From: Octopus sinensis
Lineage: Eukaryota
Reading direction: 5' to 3'
NCBI RefSeq assembly: GCF_006345805.1
Contig: NW_021836296.1
Span: forward strand, 3,985-67,984
Length of the DNA: 64,000 nt
Shown here: positions 1 through 12,715 of the stretch, in pieces
How positions within the stretch are numbered: the stretch's first letter is position 1
How the letters are laid out: each line of letters opens with the position of its first letter
Notes under the pieces: model-generated
What the model was told of the DNA's origin: nothing
The model's database searches: none
The model's input: the letters and a program-made list of their open reading frames with translations, nothing else
Translations under genes and position numbers: made by a program

Positions 1-100
1 CCCTTCAAGGTCGATAAAACAAACTACGAGTCAAAGTAATTGGGGCGGTGAAATCAGTTTGCCCCCCTCCTTTTAAAACTGGTAGTCTTGTGCCAAAAGT
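1..100 (+). mobile_element. SINE family B, decayed 3' part, cut by window edge
   Basis: ccttcaaggtcgataaaa...ggggcgg...cccctcc...cttgtgccaaaa resembles the core and tail of family B copies (e.g. 23675-23888). Confidence 0.55.
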
Positions 101-124
101 ATAATTAACATAAATAAGTCAATT

Positions 125-368
125 TCCTTCCCGAGTCATATGGTCTCGTAGGGGTGGATTCCCGCTTTCCATGGCGTATAAATACCTCACCTGGACGGGA
201 CGCCAGTTCATCGCAGGGTTACTCATCGTTCCCAGCTGAGTAGACTGGAGCAAAGTGAAATGATGTGTTTTGCATAAGAATCCAACGCGTCGCCTGGTCC
301 ATGAATCGAAACCACAATCTTACAGTCATGAGTCTTATACCCTAACCAATAAGCCACAGGCCTTCACC
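125..368 (-). mobile_element. tRNA-derived SINE (family D head plus CORE-like middle plus tail F)
   Basis: Reverse complement has A box (ggcttattggttagg), B box (ggtttcgattc) and the tttcactttgctccagtctactcagctg middle; tail shared with 5655-5750. Confidence 0.7.
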
Positions 369-715
369 GTTCCACTTATTATATATTATTTTCTCGTTAC
401 TGCCTTTCCTTATTTTGTACCTTTTCCTGTTGTCCTCGTGGTTGGTCTTTTTCTCCTTTGGTCTGAAGATCACCGTCTTCTTTTGTACTAAACGTAGTCT
501 TCCCTTCGTGTTCGCCACTCCAGTAGGTTTTCGACGCCATAAAATTGAACAATATTATCGATAAAGGGCCAAAATTGTGATGATTATTGGTAGAAAACTG
601 ATGAGAGAGGATCACGTCCATGTCTTTTGCGTGTTGTTTCCAGTATTCTACATGTTCCTCTGTTGTCCTGTACTGCTATATCTCACTATATTTATAGGTT
701 TTTCACGCCACAAAA

Positions 716-828
716 TTGAAAAATGAAATAAAGTGTTTTGCTCGAGAACACGACGCGTCGCCTGGCCCAGAAACCGAAACCACAATCTTACGACCATGAT
801 TCCGACACCCTAACCACTAAGCCACGCA
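716..828 (-). mobile_element. SINE family D head fragment
   Basis: Reverse complement reads gcgtggcttagtggttagggtgtcgg...ggtttcggtttc...gcgtcgtgttctcgagcaaaacactttatttca. Confidence 0.65.
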
Positions 829-1679
829 TTTCCCTTATCAGAAGGAAGTCAACAGGGTCATCTTTAAATGCAATTCCGAGCTAGAAGTAGCAGTCAAATC
901 ACCTAGGCGCGAACACACATACAGACACAGACACACTCGTTCGCGCGAACACACACACGCACTCTCTCACTCTTTGTCTCTCTCACTCTCTCTCTCTCTC
1001 TTTCTCTCTCTCACTCACACTCTCTTTCTTTCTTTCTTTGTATTTCACTCTCGAGTGTTGAAATGAAATTCCAGATCAGTCATTGACCTATTGCGGCCCG
1101 CGGGACATTCTGAATGAAATGCCAAATGATTAATTACTTTGATTTCTTTTTGTGCTGCTCGCCTGAGGATGATCCACATCTCATCCTTCCCATTTCTCTA
1201 GAAAAGTTGTCCCTGCCTGTTCTAAATTATAGAACACCTCGCGAAACAGGAAAGGGTGGATGGTCACATCTAGAACGTCTTTCATAATAGGCCTGTTTGA
1301 TCAGACACGGTCTGAGACTGACGCACCACCCCACCACCACCACCACCACAAACAACAACAACAACCGTCTTCATACGATCTTAAAAGAGAAGGGAAACTG
1401 CCCGTTATTCAAGCTAGAAAAAGCAGTCAAATTCCTCACAAAAATCCTTCCTATTGTTTGACAAAAATAAAGGATGCATTCATTTGGCAGCATAATCAAA
1501 GACTTCAACAGGGAAAACTAAAAAGAGTGGATTGTCACGGATGGAGTGTCTTTAGTCCTATGTCTGCTCCGCTGAAAGGTGGCCGAAGATTAAGCAACAG
1601 CAACCTCCAATCATAGTTATTTGCATCTTGCATGGCATCAATTGATGGAGAACTAGAGACAGTGTTGACATATATATTG

Positions 1680-1714
<35 letters not shown>

Positions 1715-1717
1715 GTG

Positions 1718-2038
1718 AAGGCGCGTGACTTAGTGGTTAGGTCATTCCACCCACGATTGTGAAGTAGTAAGTTCAAATCCCAGCAACACGTTGTGTCCTT
1801 GAGCAAGACACTTTATTTCACTTTATTGCTCCAGTCCACTCAGCTGGCAAAAATGAATTGTACCAGTAATTCAAAGGGGCCAGCTTTGTCACACTATGTG
1901 TCACGCGGAATCTTCCTGAGAACTACGTTAAGGGTACACGTGTCTGTGGGGTGCTCAGCTACTTGCACGTTAATTTCATGAGCAGGCTATTCCGTTGATC
2001 GGATCAACTGGAACCCTCGTCGTCGTAACCGACGTGCT
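1718..2038 (+). mobile_element. tRNA-derived SINE (family D head/CORE-like middle plus family C tail)
   Basis: aaggcgcgtgacttagtggttagg A box, gttcaaatccc B box, gtgtccttgagcaagacacttt middle, tail gaactacgttaagggtacacg...cgtcgtaaccgac shared with 7087-7468. Confidence 0.8.
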
Positions 2039-2093
2039 GTTTGGGAGCAAATATACCAAACAAGCCACAATTTTCAAACAGTATCTGTAAATA

Positions 2094-2500
2094 GGCGCAG
2101 GAGTGGCTGTGTGGTAAGTAGCTTGCCTACCAGCCACATGGTTCTGGGTTCAGTCCCACTGCGTGGCATCTTGGGCAAGTGTCTTCTGCTATAGCCTCAG
2201 GCCGACCAAAGCCTTGTGAGTGGATTTGGTAGACGGAAACTGAAAGAAGCCTGTCATATATATGTATATATATATATATGTGTGTGTGTATGTATGTGTT
2301 TGTGTGTCTGTTTGTCCCTCTAGCATTGCTTGACAACCGATGCTGGTGTGTTTACGTCCCCGTCACTTAGCGGTTCGGCAAAAGAGACCGATAGAATAAG
2401 TACTGGGCTTACAAAGAATAAGTCCCGGGGTCGATTTGCTCGACTAAAGGCGGTGCTCCAGTATGGCCGCAGTCAAATGACTGAAACAAGTAAAAGAGAG
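2094..2500 (+). mobile_element. tRNA-derived SINE family A, full length
   Basis: ggcgcaggagtggctgtgtggtaag head, gggttcagtccc B box, internal (TA)/(TG) tract, 3' end gactgaaacaagtaaaagag; more than 10 homologous copies in window. Confidence 0.85.
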
Positions 2501-3359
2501 TAAGTAGTATTTGTGTATGGACGTAGTGTTACTTTGATTGTGATAGCACAACTCTTTCACACTATCAACTAGCTTATGTTGCTATATAACAGCAACGTGA
2601 ATTAGAATATTCTCCTGACGATGTGTCCTTTCAACGCTATTACGTAATCGTTTACGTTATGATTAACACATAACGTAACAGTATTTGTTATTGAAACATA
2701 TGTAACATAACGTCATATACCATCGAACCACGTGAGGATAAAGCGGAAAAAAATAAAATGATAAAAAAAACCAGCAAAGCAATTATTGAGGCTCGAATTG
2801 AGAACATTATGAATCGTGCCTCCATGAGACAAGAGAACTTTAGGTGGAGACTTAACGAGTTTGCTATTCCAGCGATGCATTTGCAAAGAGATCTTCTAAG
2901 GAAGAGTTAAAGCTGTTCTGAAAGGTCACCTGAACTTAAAGGTCAATGAAATTTATTTTGCAATTGTGGTTTAACCGATATCTGAAAATGCACTACTCAC
3001 ACACACACACACAAAGTTATAGCTTATTTACATACATGATTTATATACCGTGAGCTATTATTACCGCAACATTAGGATTTTAGGTTTCAGCGGTTTCTTC
3101 TCTGAAGGCATTCTGCTGTTCGTCTCTCATGAGAGCTTCTTACCAGTACAGCAACATTTGGATTCTAGCTAATTCGTAAAAGAAGCTTATTCATGAATAA
3201 TGATTACAACTTGATTTCGAGTAATGCCATCATTTTGGTCCTTCCTCATAAGCTTGAGCCGTGTTCGAATCCCACCTGGCATTACTTGCGTTTCCAGGTG
3301 TCGCAACCTGCTTATTTCAGTTCGTGCGATCAGTGTTATTGTTATTATTATTATTATTA

Positions 3360-3396
<37 letters not shown>

Positions 3397-3420
3397 CATT
3401 ATTATTATTATTATTATTAT

Positions 3421-3508
3421 TGAGTGAGAGAGCAGTGCATGCCATCAAAGTGACACTGGGGTAAAATATACGAAGCCCAGTATACCCATCAGGAATACTC
3501 GTCTGATA
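3421..3508 (-). mobile_element. Family E retroposon 3' fragment embedded in (ATT)n/(AAT)n
   Basis: Reverse complement of 4208-4292. Confidence 0.75.
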
Positions 3509-3620
3509 ATAATAACAATAATAATAATAAATAATAATAATAACAATAATAATAATAATAATAATAATAATGATAATAATAATAATAATGATAATAATAA
3601 TAATGGTAATAATAATAATA

Positions 3621-3723
<103 letters not shown>

Positions 3724-3734
3724 TAATAATAATA

Positions 3735-4292
3735 AAATGCCCTGATGCAGTACCAGGCAGTGGCTCTCATGGCTTCTGATCTTAACTGATTGGAAGTTTT
3801 ATCATGTACATTGTTTTGTCTTGGTATAAAAGATGGGCCACAGCAAATATTCTGCTCAATACCACAGATTTGCTTGTCAGTTGTTTGACCTTAACCAGTT
3901 GAGCATGTCCCTTAGTGGCTGACGATATGTGCATCTCTGATCACGAGCAAAAGTAGTGGGGGAGCATCATAGCCATGTGTTGAGAGGGATTCTTTGGGGT
4001 TTGAATAATTCACCTCTGGAAACATGGGTGGTTCTTTCAACATCCTTAAACAACCCTTATTCAGGGACCTTTTGAGCGGGATGGGCTACTCAACCTGAAG
4101 GAAATTCTAACTGGGCCCCACCTGCAAGGTCATGTGCTGTTTATCTTGATATGAGATCACCATGTCGCGCACATATGGTTGTGATGCATGTGCCTGGTGT
4201 ACCTTTATCAGACGGGTAGTCATGATGGGTATATTGGGCTTCGTATATTTTACCCCAGTGTCACTTTGATGGCATGCACTGCTCTCTCACTC
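3735..4292 (+). mobile_element. Family E non-autonomous (AAT)n-associated retroposon, longest copy (~558 bp)
   Basis: Flanked on both sides by (AAT)n; homologous copies at 18128, 22785, 23129 and 28755 share the 3' portion, most ending ctctctcactc(aat)n with variable 5' truncation; no ORF. Confidence 0.75.
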
Positions 4293-4485
4293 AATAATAA
4301 TAATAATAGTAATACAAGAGCACGCAGAGAGTGCGAACCTCCACCAAGGCAACACCAACGTCCTCTTGATTTTTGAAATGAGAATATCTGAATTAAATCC
4401 GACTGCTCTCGAAAAATTAAGGAAAGGAAACCGGAAAAATAATCCAGAATCCTTGTCCGGTACCTGTAGCAGTATGAAGACATCG

Positions 4486-4651
4486 GCGGCGGTGGTGGCG
4501 GCTGCGGTGGTGGTAGAGCTGGTAGTGGTGATGATGGTTGTTGTTGTTGTTGTTGTTTTTGGTGGTGGTGGTGGTGGTAGTGGTGGTGGTAGTGGTTAAG
4601 GTGGTGGTGATAGTGAAGGTGGTAGTGGTGGTGGCAGTGGTGGCGGTGGTG

Positions 4652-4695
<44 letters not shown>

Positions 4696-5310
4696 GGTGG
4701 TGGTGGTGGTGTTGGTGGCAACGGTGGTGGTGTTGGCGGCGGTGGTGGTGGTAGTGGTTAAGGTGGTGGTGATAGTGAAGGTGGTAGTGGTGGTGGCAGT
4801 GGTGGCGGTGGTGTGGTGGTGGTGTAGTAGTAGTAGTAGTAGTAGTGTGGTGGTGGTGGTGGTGGTGTGGTGTTGGTGGCAACGGTGGTGGTGTTGGCGG
4901 CGGTGGTGGTGGTAGTGGTAGTGGTGGTGGTAGTGGTGGTGGTGGTGCTTGTGCTGGTGGTGGTGGTGGTAGTGGTGGCGTTATGATGACATCGGCGGCC
5001 TTGGTGGTGGCTTTGATGGCGGTAGCGCTGGCTGCTGTGCTGCTGCTGCTGGAAGTGGTAATGGTGATTGTGGTGGTGGTGGTTGCGGCCGCTGTAGTGG
5101 CGGCGGCGGCGTCGACGATGCCGTGGCTCTGGTGTTGGTGCTGGTGGTCGTGGAGGGGATGTTATTAATCTTTTCGTGGCGATCGTAGTAGTGGTGGCAG
5201 TGATGTCAGTGGTGGTGGTGGTGGTGGCGTTACTACTACTGTTGCTGCTGCTGCTACTGCTACTGCTGGAATAATGGTAGTAGGAGGTGGTGGTGGGGTG
5301 GCGGCGGGGG
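4486..5310 (+). repeat. (GGT)n/(AGT)n compound microsatellite with ~162-bp internal duplication
   Basis: ggtagtggttaaggtggtggtgatagtgaagg occurs at ~4588 and ~4750. Confidence 0.9.
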
Positions 5311-5654
5311 TAAAGTAATTCATTCTTTGATATCCTGGAGTTTCTTGTTTCTAAATAACTTTATTTCCTGTCTCCTCCCAATAACCACTTTAATAACCTC
5401 AGATAATCCACCCTCATTACAGTATAATGTAACGCAACTAATAGGGTGGAATTGGTACTCAATCTGGCTTCCGTGAATGTTGTTGTTTAGCCCTAGGCTG
5501 TGGTACGTGGATCAGTGGTTAAGGTATTTGGCATAGGATCGTAGAGTCGTGTGTTCGATATCGGGCAGCGCGTTTGCGTCCTTCAGCAAGACACTCTATC
5601 TCACGTTGCTCCGGTCCACTCAGCTGGAAAAAAATGAGTTGTATCTGTAATTGT

Positions 5655-5956
5655 TGTTTGTTCCTTCTCGAGCCATGCCTGGCTCATAAGGGCCGGTTTC
5701 CCGGTTTCCTTGGCGTATAGGTTCTCCCACCTGGATGGGACGTCGGTCCGTCGCAAGTGAGCTGCAAGATGCAGGAGGAAAGAGTGAGAGAAATTTGTGG
5801 CGAAAGAATCAGCAGAAGTTCGCCGTTACCTTCTACCGGACCGGCTGGAGCTTAGGTGTTTTGCTCATAAACACACACATCGCCCGGTCTGAGATTCGAA
5901 CCCGCGATCCCTCGAACGCGAGTCCGCTGCTCTAACCACTAGGCCATGTGCCACCA
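5655..5956 (-). mobile_element. tRNA-derived SINE (C-like head/body plus tail F), copy 1
   Basis: Reverse complement has ggcacatggcctagtggttagagcagcggactcgcg A box and gggttcgaatctc B box. Confidence 0.8.
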
Positions 5957-6032
5957 CATGAGATTATTGATTTGAGGAAGGTTTGTCTGTAAGCTGTTGC
6001 AGATCGTACCCGTAAATATAGCCATGAGATTA

Positions 6033-6299
6033 TTGTTCCTTCTCGAGCCATACCTGGCTCATAAGGGCCGGTTTCCTGGATGGGACGCCGGTCCGTCGCA
6101 GGTGAGCTGCAAGATACAGGTGGAAAAAGTGAGAGAAAGTCGTGGTGAAAGAGTCAGCAGAAGTTCGCCATTGCCTTCTCCCGGAGCCGTGTGGAGCTTA
6201 GGTGTTTCTCTCATAAACACACACATCGCCCGGTCTGAGATTCGAACCCGCGATCCCTCGACCGCGAGTCCGCTGCTCTAACCACTAGGCCATGTTCCT
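6033..6299 (-). mobile_element. tRNA-derived SINE (C-like head/body plus tail F), copy 2
   Basis: Direct repeat of 5655-5956 with a ~24-bp deletion. Confidence 0.8.
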
Positions 6300-6591
6300 C
6301 CCCTCCCTGTAATTCAACAGGGCCAGCCTTGTCATATTCTGCGTCATGCTGAATCTCCCTGAGAACTACGCTATGGGTACGCGTGTCTGTGGAATACTCG
6401 GCCACTTCTGGACGTTTATTTTACGAGCTGGCTGTTCCGTCCAACGCATCAACCGGAACACTCGTCGTCACCACCGACGGACCGTCAATTATTTTGTTTA
6501 TTTGTTTGTTTTTCTTTGTTTTTCTTTTCTGAGGCCTGACGGAACAGATTCATCATCAAATGCTTCCTAGTACTGACCATCCTGTCTGTTA

Positions 6592-7053
6592 CGAGGTGGT
6601 ATCAAAAAGTTCCCGGATTGGTTCTGTAGCGCGCCAACATACGGCAGCGCACTGTTGCGCGTGCAGCGAGCGCTAGCAGCAACCTTTATGAAGGAGTCTG
6701 TCCAGTGACATCGCTTTGTTAACTTCGCATGTTGTGAAATTTGTGTTTTTGTGATCACCTGTATGCTGTAGTCCGCGATTTTTTAAATCACAGGTAGGAA
6801 TTTGGAACAAAGTGGCAACGTCAAATTTTGCGTTGAACTTCGGACGTCTGCTACAGAGACATTGAGCATGCTTCGGCAATGAGGCAATGGGCCGCACACA
6901 ATGTTTCGTGTGGCACGGGCGCGTCAAAATAAAAAAGGAAAAACGTCTCTGAAAAACGATGTACAATCTGGAAAACCTGCCAGGCGAGTCACCACCGGAA
7001 ATGTGATGTGTATCGAGAATTCGTTCCCCCAGGGCCAGACCATCAGTCGAGAG
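6592..7053 (+). mobile_element. Mariner (Tc1/mariner) transposon relic, 5' TIR plus frameshifted, deleted transposase
   Basis: TA then cgaggtggtatcaaaaagttccc TIR-like start; translated pieces KFCVELRTSATETLSMLRQ / AMGRTQCFVWHGR / KTSLKNDVQSGKP / PQGQTISRE match mariner HTH and catalytic-region motifs. Confidence 0.75.
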
Positions 7054-7086
7054 CTCCTGGTGTCCTTTGATGTAGAATTTATGCAT

Positions 7087-7468
7087 GGAGGCGCAATGGC
7101 CCAGTGGTTAGGGCAGCGGACTCGCGGTCGGAGGATCGCGGTTTCGATTCCCAGACCGGGCGTTGTGAGTGTTTATTGAGCGAAAACACCTAAAGCTCCA
7201 CGAGGCTCCGGCAGGGGATGGTGGTGATCCCTGCTGTACTCTTTCACCACAACTTTCTCTCACTCTTACTTCCTGTTTCTGTTGTACCTGCATTTCAAAG
7301 GGCAGGCCTTGTCAGTCTCCGTGTCACGCTGAATATCCCCCGAGAACTACGTTAAGGGTGCACGTGTCTGTGGAGTGCTCAAGCACTTACACGTTAATTT
7401 CACGAACAGGCTGTTCCGTTGATCGGATCAACCGGAACCCTCGTCGTCGTAACCGACGGAGTGCTTCC
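7087..7468 (+). mobile_element. tRNA-derived SINE family C, full length, with 11-bp TSD
   Basis: A box tggcccagtgg, B box ggtttcgattccc; TSD agaatttatgc at 7074-7084 and 7475-7485; near-identical to 19451 and 21869 copies. Confidence 0.9.
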
Positions 7469-7758
7469 ATCCCCAGAATTTATGCGCATTTAGTTGATTC
7501 TTTGCATTATATATTCATCCAAGGTAGATATTCCTCAGCAGCTTTGTCAACGTTTAACCCTTTCCGTATACTGTATAAATTCCAATTAAGAGAAATTCAG
7601 AATTTTTTCCAGGTGATCAAAGCACCTTTTAATTGTTTAATTGTTTATCTTAAAGAACTCTGCATGTTCCCTATCATTCGATGTGGTTAGCCAACTCTGG
7701 AATATATCAGAGAGCTAATGAGTTACCTGCCTGAATTCCAATTCCATATTCCTCTACG

Positions 7759-7990
<232 letters not shown>

Positions 7991-8172
7991 ATTCACTCGT
8001 CCTCCAACGCGTGGGATTGAATCAGAATTCGGTCGGTTCTCTATTAAGTGTTTTATTGATGGTCTTGGCTATTTAAATGTTGTTAATTTTAATTAATTGT
8101 GCAGCAATTAAGCGAAAGGCAAGCCCGGAATTTCATTAGGAATTTCCATCCTTTTATGTATTGTTTGTTTTT

Positions 8173-8285
<113 letters not shown>

Positions 8286-8514
8286 TCCAGCGAGATCGTC
8301 GACATAGATTCTGTAGGTTGTTGGTTCAGGACGGAAAATTGCCGGTTATTAAGTCGTTTGAGTTAAACTACATTGTAGTGTCGATTTAAACTTTCCTTAG
8401 TGAATCAATCTTGTGACCGACTTGGGCGACATTTTAAAACGTAAATGATGCTAGGGTTACGGCAGTGCTGTCGTTCAACTGATAGTTCTGGCTGTAGTGG
8501 CAGTGGTGGTAATG

Positions 8515-9105
8515 GTGGTGGTGGTGGTGGTGGTGGTGGTGGTGGTGGTGGTTGTGGTTGTGGTTGTTTATTAATGAGTCCATCAGAAGGAGCTTGTAGC
8601 TGAGACGATGCTATTTTAAAGAAATGTTATTGTTGTCACGTACTATAGCGGCAACAGTGGTTGTGACGGTGGTGTTGGTGGTAGTGGTGGTAGTGGAGAG
8701 GATGGCGATAATGGTGTTGATATTGCTGGTGGATGTGGTAGTGGTGGTGATGGTGATGTGGAAACCCGTTAGCGATAATTTTTATAGTCGTTGTGGTGGT
8801 GGTGGGTGGTGGTGGTGGTGGTGGTGGTGGTGGTGGTTGTGGTTGTGGTTGTTTATTAATGAGTCCATCAGAAGGGCTTGTAGCTGAGACGATGCTATTT
8901 TAAAGAAATGTTATTGTTGTCACGTACTATAGCGGCAACAGTGGTTGTGACGGTGGTGTTGGTGGTAGTGGTGGTAGTGGAGAGGATGGCGATAATGGTG
9001 TTGATATTGCTGGTGGATGTGGTAGTGGTGGTGATGGTGATGTGGAAACCCGTTAGCGATAATTTTTATAGTCGTTGTGGTGGTGGTGGTGGTGGTGGTG
9101 GTGGT
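8515..9105 (+). repeat. Near-perfect 285-bp tandem duplication bounded by (GGT)n
   Basis: ttaatgagtccatcagaagg at 8571 and 8856; ORFs 8624 and 8908 have identical N-termini. Confidence 0.9.
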
Positions 9106-9487
9106 GATTTTAATTTTTATAGTTATGGCGGTGGTGGTCGTGGTGGCATGTTTGCGGTAATTGTAGGGGTGGTAACTCTAACGGTTATGGTTCTTGAGGT
9201 GGTGCTTGTGAGGTTGTGGTTACTGGTGGTGGTGGTGATCGTTGTGGTTGCGATGGTGGAGGTAGTTCTAGTTGTGGTGGTGTGCTCGAGATGGTTGTGG
9301 TTGTAGTGTTGCAAGAAACAGCTGAAGATATTTGGAACATGATAACAGAATATCGAGTTAAACTGGTGCAATTGTAGAGCGTTGGTATTCCTTACTGTCA
9401 TGTACTATAACGGCAGTAGTGTTAGTAGGGGCTGGATGTGGTGGTGGTGGTGGTGGTGGTGGTGGTGGTGGTGGTGGTATTAAATTT

Positions 9488-9908
9488 AAGGCGGCGAGCA
9501 CGCAGAAACGTTAGCACGCCGGGCGAAATGCGTAGCCGTATTTCGTCTGCCGTTACGTTCTGAATTCAAATTCTGCCGAGGTCGACTTTTCCATTCATCC
9601 TTTCGCGGTCGATTAAATAAGTACCAGTTACACACTGGGGTCGATATAATCGACTTAATCCGTTTGTCTGTCCTTGTTTGTCTCCTCTGTGTTTAGCCCC
9701 TTGTGGGTAGTAAAGAAATAGGTATTTCCTCTGCCGCTACGTTCTGAGTTCAAATTCCGCCGAAGTCGACTTTGCGGTTCATCCTTTCTGGGTCGATTAA
9801 ATAAATACAAGTTACGCACTGGGATCGACGAAATCGACTTAATCCGTTTGTCTATCTTTGTTTGTTCTCTCTGTGTTTAGCCTCTTGTGGGTTGTAAAGA
9901 AATAGGTA
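9488..9908 (+). mobile_element. SINE family B, dimer of 184-bp body
   Basis: aaggcggcgag head; body restarts at 9721 (aaagaaatag|gtatttc); core ggtcgactttgcctttcatcctttcggggtcgat..aagtaccag. Confidence 0.85.
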
Positions 9909-10311
9909 AATGGTGGTCGTGGTCGTGGTGGTACTGGTGATATTGGTTGTGCAGGTGGTTGTGGCGATGGTGGCGTTAGTTGCGGTTGTGGTGGTAAAAC
10001 TGGTGGTTGTGGTTGTTGCTGTTGTTGTTTGGTGGTGTGGTGTTGATGATGCTGGTAGAGAGGTAGGTGTGTTGATGACGGGTTTAGGTCCTTCGGAGTG
10101 TCAGTGACTTGGCATCAGAGGCGGTGACCTGCGGTGATATAATTGCACGGTTGTGGCATAGACGTCATACATTAGCGTGATATTGATAGAGTATCAGGGA
10201 AGGACTCTTAAAGTGTAATATGGTAGGGTTCCGGGCAGTGTGGCGTTGAAGTGGGACGGTGGAGCAGGCTGCCACCGTGATTCTGTGATGATGGGTGTTG
10301 TATCACTGGAC

Positions 10312-10344
<33 letters not shown>

Positions 10345-10419
10345 CATTGACGTGTGTTAATGATGGTGAGATAGCGGTTCATATGCCATTGTGACTACAA
10401 CTGTTAACAACCGACACCA

Positions 10420-10444
10420 TTAGCATCATCATCGTCATGATTGC

Positions 10445-10494
<50 letters not shown>

Positions 10495-10513
10495 CCACCA
10501 CCATTACCATCAC

Positions 10514-10545
<32 letters not shown>

Positions 10546-11474
10546 CCACCATCATCATCAACATCATCATCATCATCATCATCATCATCATTAACATCAC
10601 TATCATCATCATCATTATCATCATCATCATGGTTACTGTAATCGAGTTTATATTTTTCCTTGTGATGATGATGATGATGACGATTTTGTGGAAGTGGAGG
10701 AGGAGAGGAAGTGGTCGGTACTGATGGCGTTGGTGGTAGTGACGGTGGGGTTGATAGTGGCGATGTTGATGCTTTTCGGCGGCGGTGGCGGTTGTGATGT
10801 GTTCGTGACGCTGATGACCGTGGTGGTGGTCATGGTGATGTTGGCGGTAATGAGTTTGGATCGGTGCCAGTAAAGTCTGGAAAAAGTCTTAGATTTGGTT
10901 GTTTCGATGATTGATCGCCCGTTAAACATGTGTTCTTACCATACTGTCAATTCTTCTTCTTCTTCTTCTTCTTTTCTTCTTCTTCTTCTTCTTCTTCTTC
11001 TTCTTCTTCTTCTTCTTCTTCTTCTTCTTCTTCTTCTTCTTCTTCTTCTTCTTCTTCTTCTTCTTTTTCTTCTTCTTCTTCTTCTTCTTCTTCTTCTTCA
11101 TATTATTATTATTATTATTATTATTAGTAGTAGTAGTGTAGTAGTATTTCTACTTTCAGTTTGGTTTCCAGTTCTTGCCGACTGATGACGATGATGATGA
11201 TGATGGTGATGACGATGATGGTGGTGATGGTGGTGGTGGTGGTGGTGGTGGTGGTGGTGGTGGTGGTGGAGTGGTGGGCTGGGACGACATGGAGGAATGT
11301 TTGTGGTAACTGTAAGAGTGGTGATTGCGACGTTTATGGTTGCTGTGGTAGTGCATGCGATATTGTGGTTGTGGCGGTGGTAGTGGTGTAGATGGCGGTG
11401 GTGCTGCTGGTGCTTCTGATTGCGGTGGTTGCACTGGTGGAGATAGTTATAATTGTGGTAACGGCGTATCATTA

Positions 11475-11538
<64 letters not shown>

Positions 11539-11570
11539 CATTATTATTATTATCATCATCATCATCATTA
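10420..11570. repeat. Cluster of (CAT)n, (CTT)n, (GGT)n and (ATT)n trinucleotide microsatellites
   Basis: Direct reading. Confidence 0.9.
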
Positions 11571-12214
11571 TTGCGATCGTTCATACTGTTGTTGTTGTTG
11601 CTGTTGTTTTTGTGATGGTCGTTGTTATTATAGTTGTACTTATTCTAACCGTACTATTGTTGTTATTATCGATTATTCTTGCTATTGTTATTGTTGTTGT
11701 ATTATTGTTTTTGTTAAATGATATTCTTTTAATTCTTATTGATGGTGTTTCTTCTTTCCACCGTCTATTTCATATTAAACTTTTTTCAATATTTTTATTT
11801 AATTTTCTTCGATTTTGTCTTTTGCTTATTTCGTGCGTGATGGACTTTCTGAACATCATTTTAAAAGATTCCGAATCAATATTATTACATACAATACGGT
11901 GGTAAACTAGCAGAATCGGGGGTGACGCTCATGGTAGGACACGCCAGTCATATGGGGTCAAAAGGCACGTGCTCGCGTAGGTGATCGGTGGACAGAAAGA
12001 AACGACGAGAGCATCCCTTCCAGACAGCTAGCAGAATGGTTCGCACACCGGGACAAGAGACGTGGGTGATTCTCGTGGCAGGACACGTCGGCCATATACG
12101 GTCAAGAGGCACGTACTCGCGTAGGTGACCGATAGGCGGAGAGGAGCGACGAGAACATCTCTACCAGACAGGTAGCAGAATCGTTCGCACACCAGGGGAA
12201 CAACCGGGGTGAGG

Positions 12215-12350
12215 AGGTGATGCTCGTGGGAGGTCTCCCAGATCGCTCATTTTCTTCTAGGGACGTTCTTCCACTTTTGAAGCGCCCGTGCCACTCGAAA
12301 CATTGTGTACGACCCATTGCCTCGTCGCCGTAAGGTGCGTCGAAGCAGCA
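12215..12350 (-). mobile_element. Mariner transposase N-terminal fragment
   Basis: YGDEAMGRTQCFEWHGRFKSGRTSLEENERSGRPPTS is the mariner HTH/GRP motif; same family as 6592-7053. Confidence 0.85.
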
Positions 12351-12715
12351 TATCATCCGCCTTCAACTTCTGAGTTCAAATTCCGCCGATTTGTACGAAG
12401 GTGGGATGGTCCTGGACGAAACGCTTTTGAGAAGAGTTTTACATGATTAAGTGTGATTCGTAGCTAAAATAAAATGTAAATATCCCACAGTACATTGAAT
12501 GAACCAAGAATTTTCCTTTCTAGAAATAACAATCAAATCTTCTCCAAAATATGCATTGCAATCATCAAAGAAAATGACAGGCAAAATGTAATCTGGAACC
12601 TAAGAAAATAGAACGGGACGGTCATCACTGGAAAGGGTTTTATTATAAGCCTCTCAGCCCGATCACAAAGGACCACGTTTCCACCATCAACAACAAAATC
12701 GTCATGAACAGTTAC

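Larger units (their letters stand above)
5501..6481 (+). mobile_element. SINE (D head plus C tail) split by a nested insertion
   Basis: 5501-5652 head/middle and 6307-6481 tail join to give the structure of 1718-2038; ctgtaatt duplicated at 5645-5652 and 6307-6314. Confidence 0.7.

Noticed and set aside
2615-2712. CTGACGA...GAAACATATGTA with palindromic stem III and an internal hairpin
   Set aside because: No stem I complementarity between the flanks
7087-7160. tRNA-like sequence
   Set aside because: SINE head with A/B boxes, no complete acceptor stem, continuous with a multi-copy body and TSD
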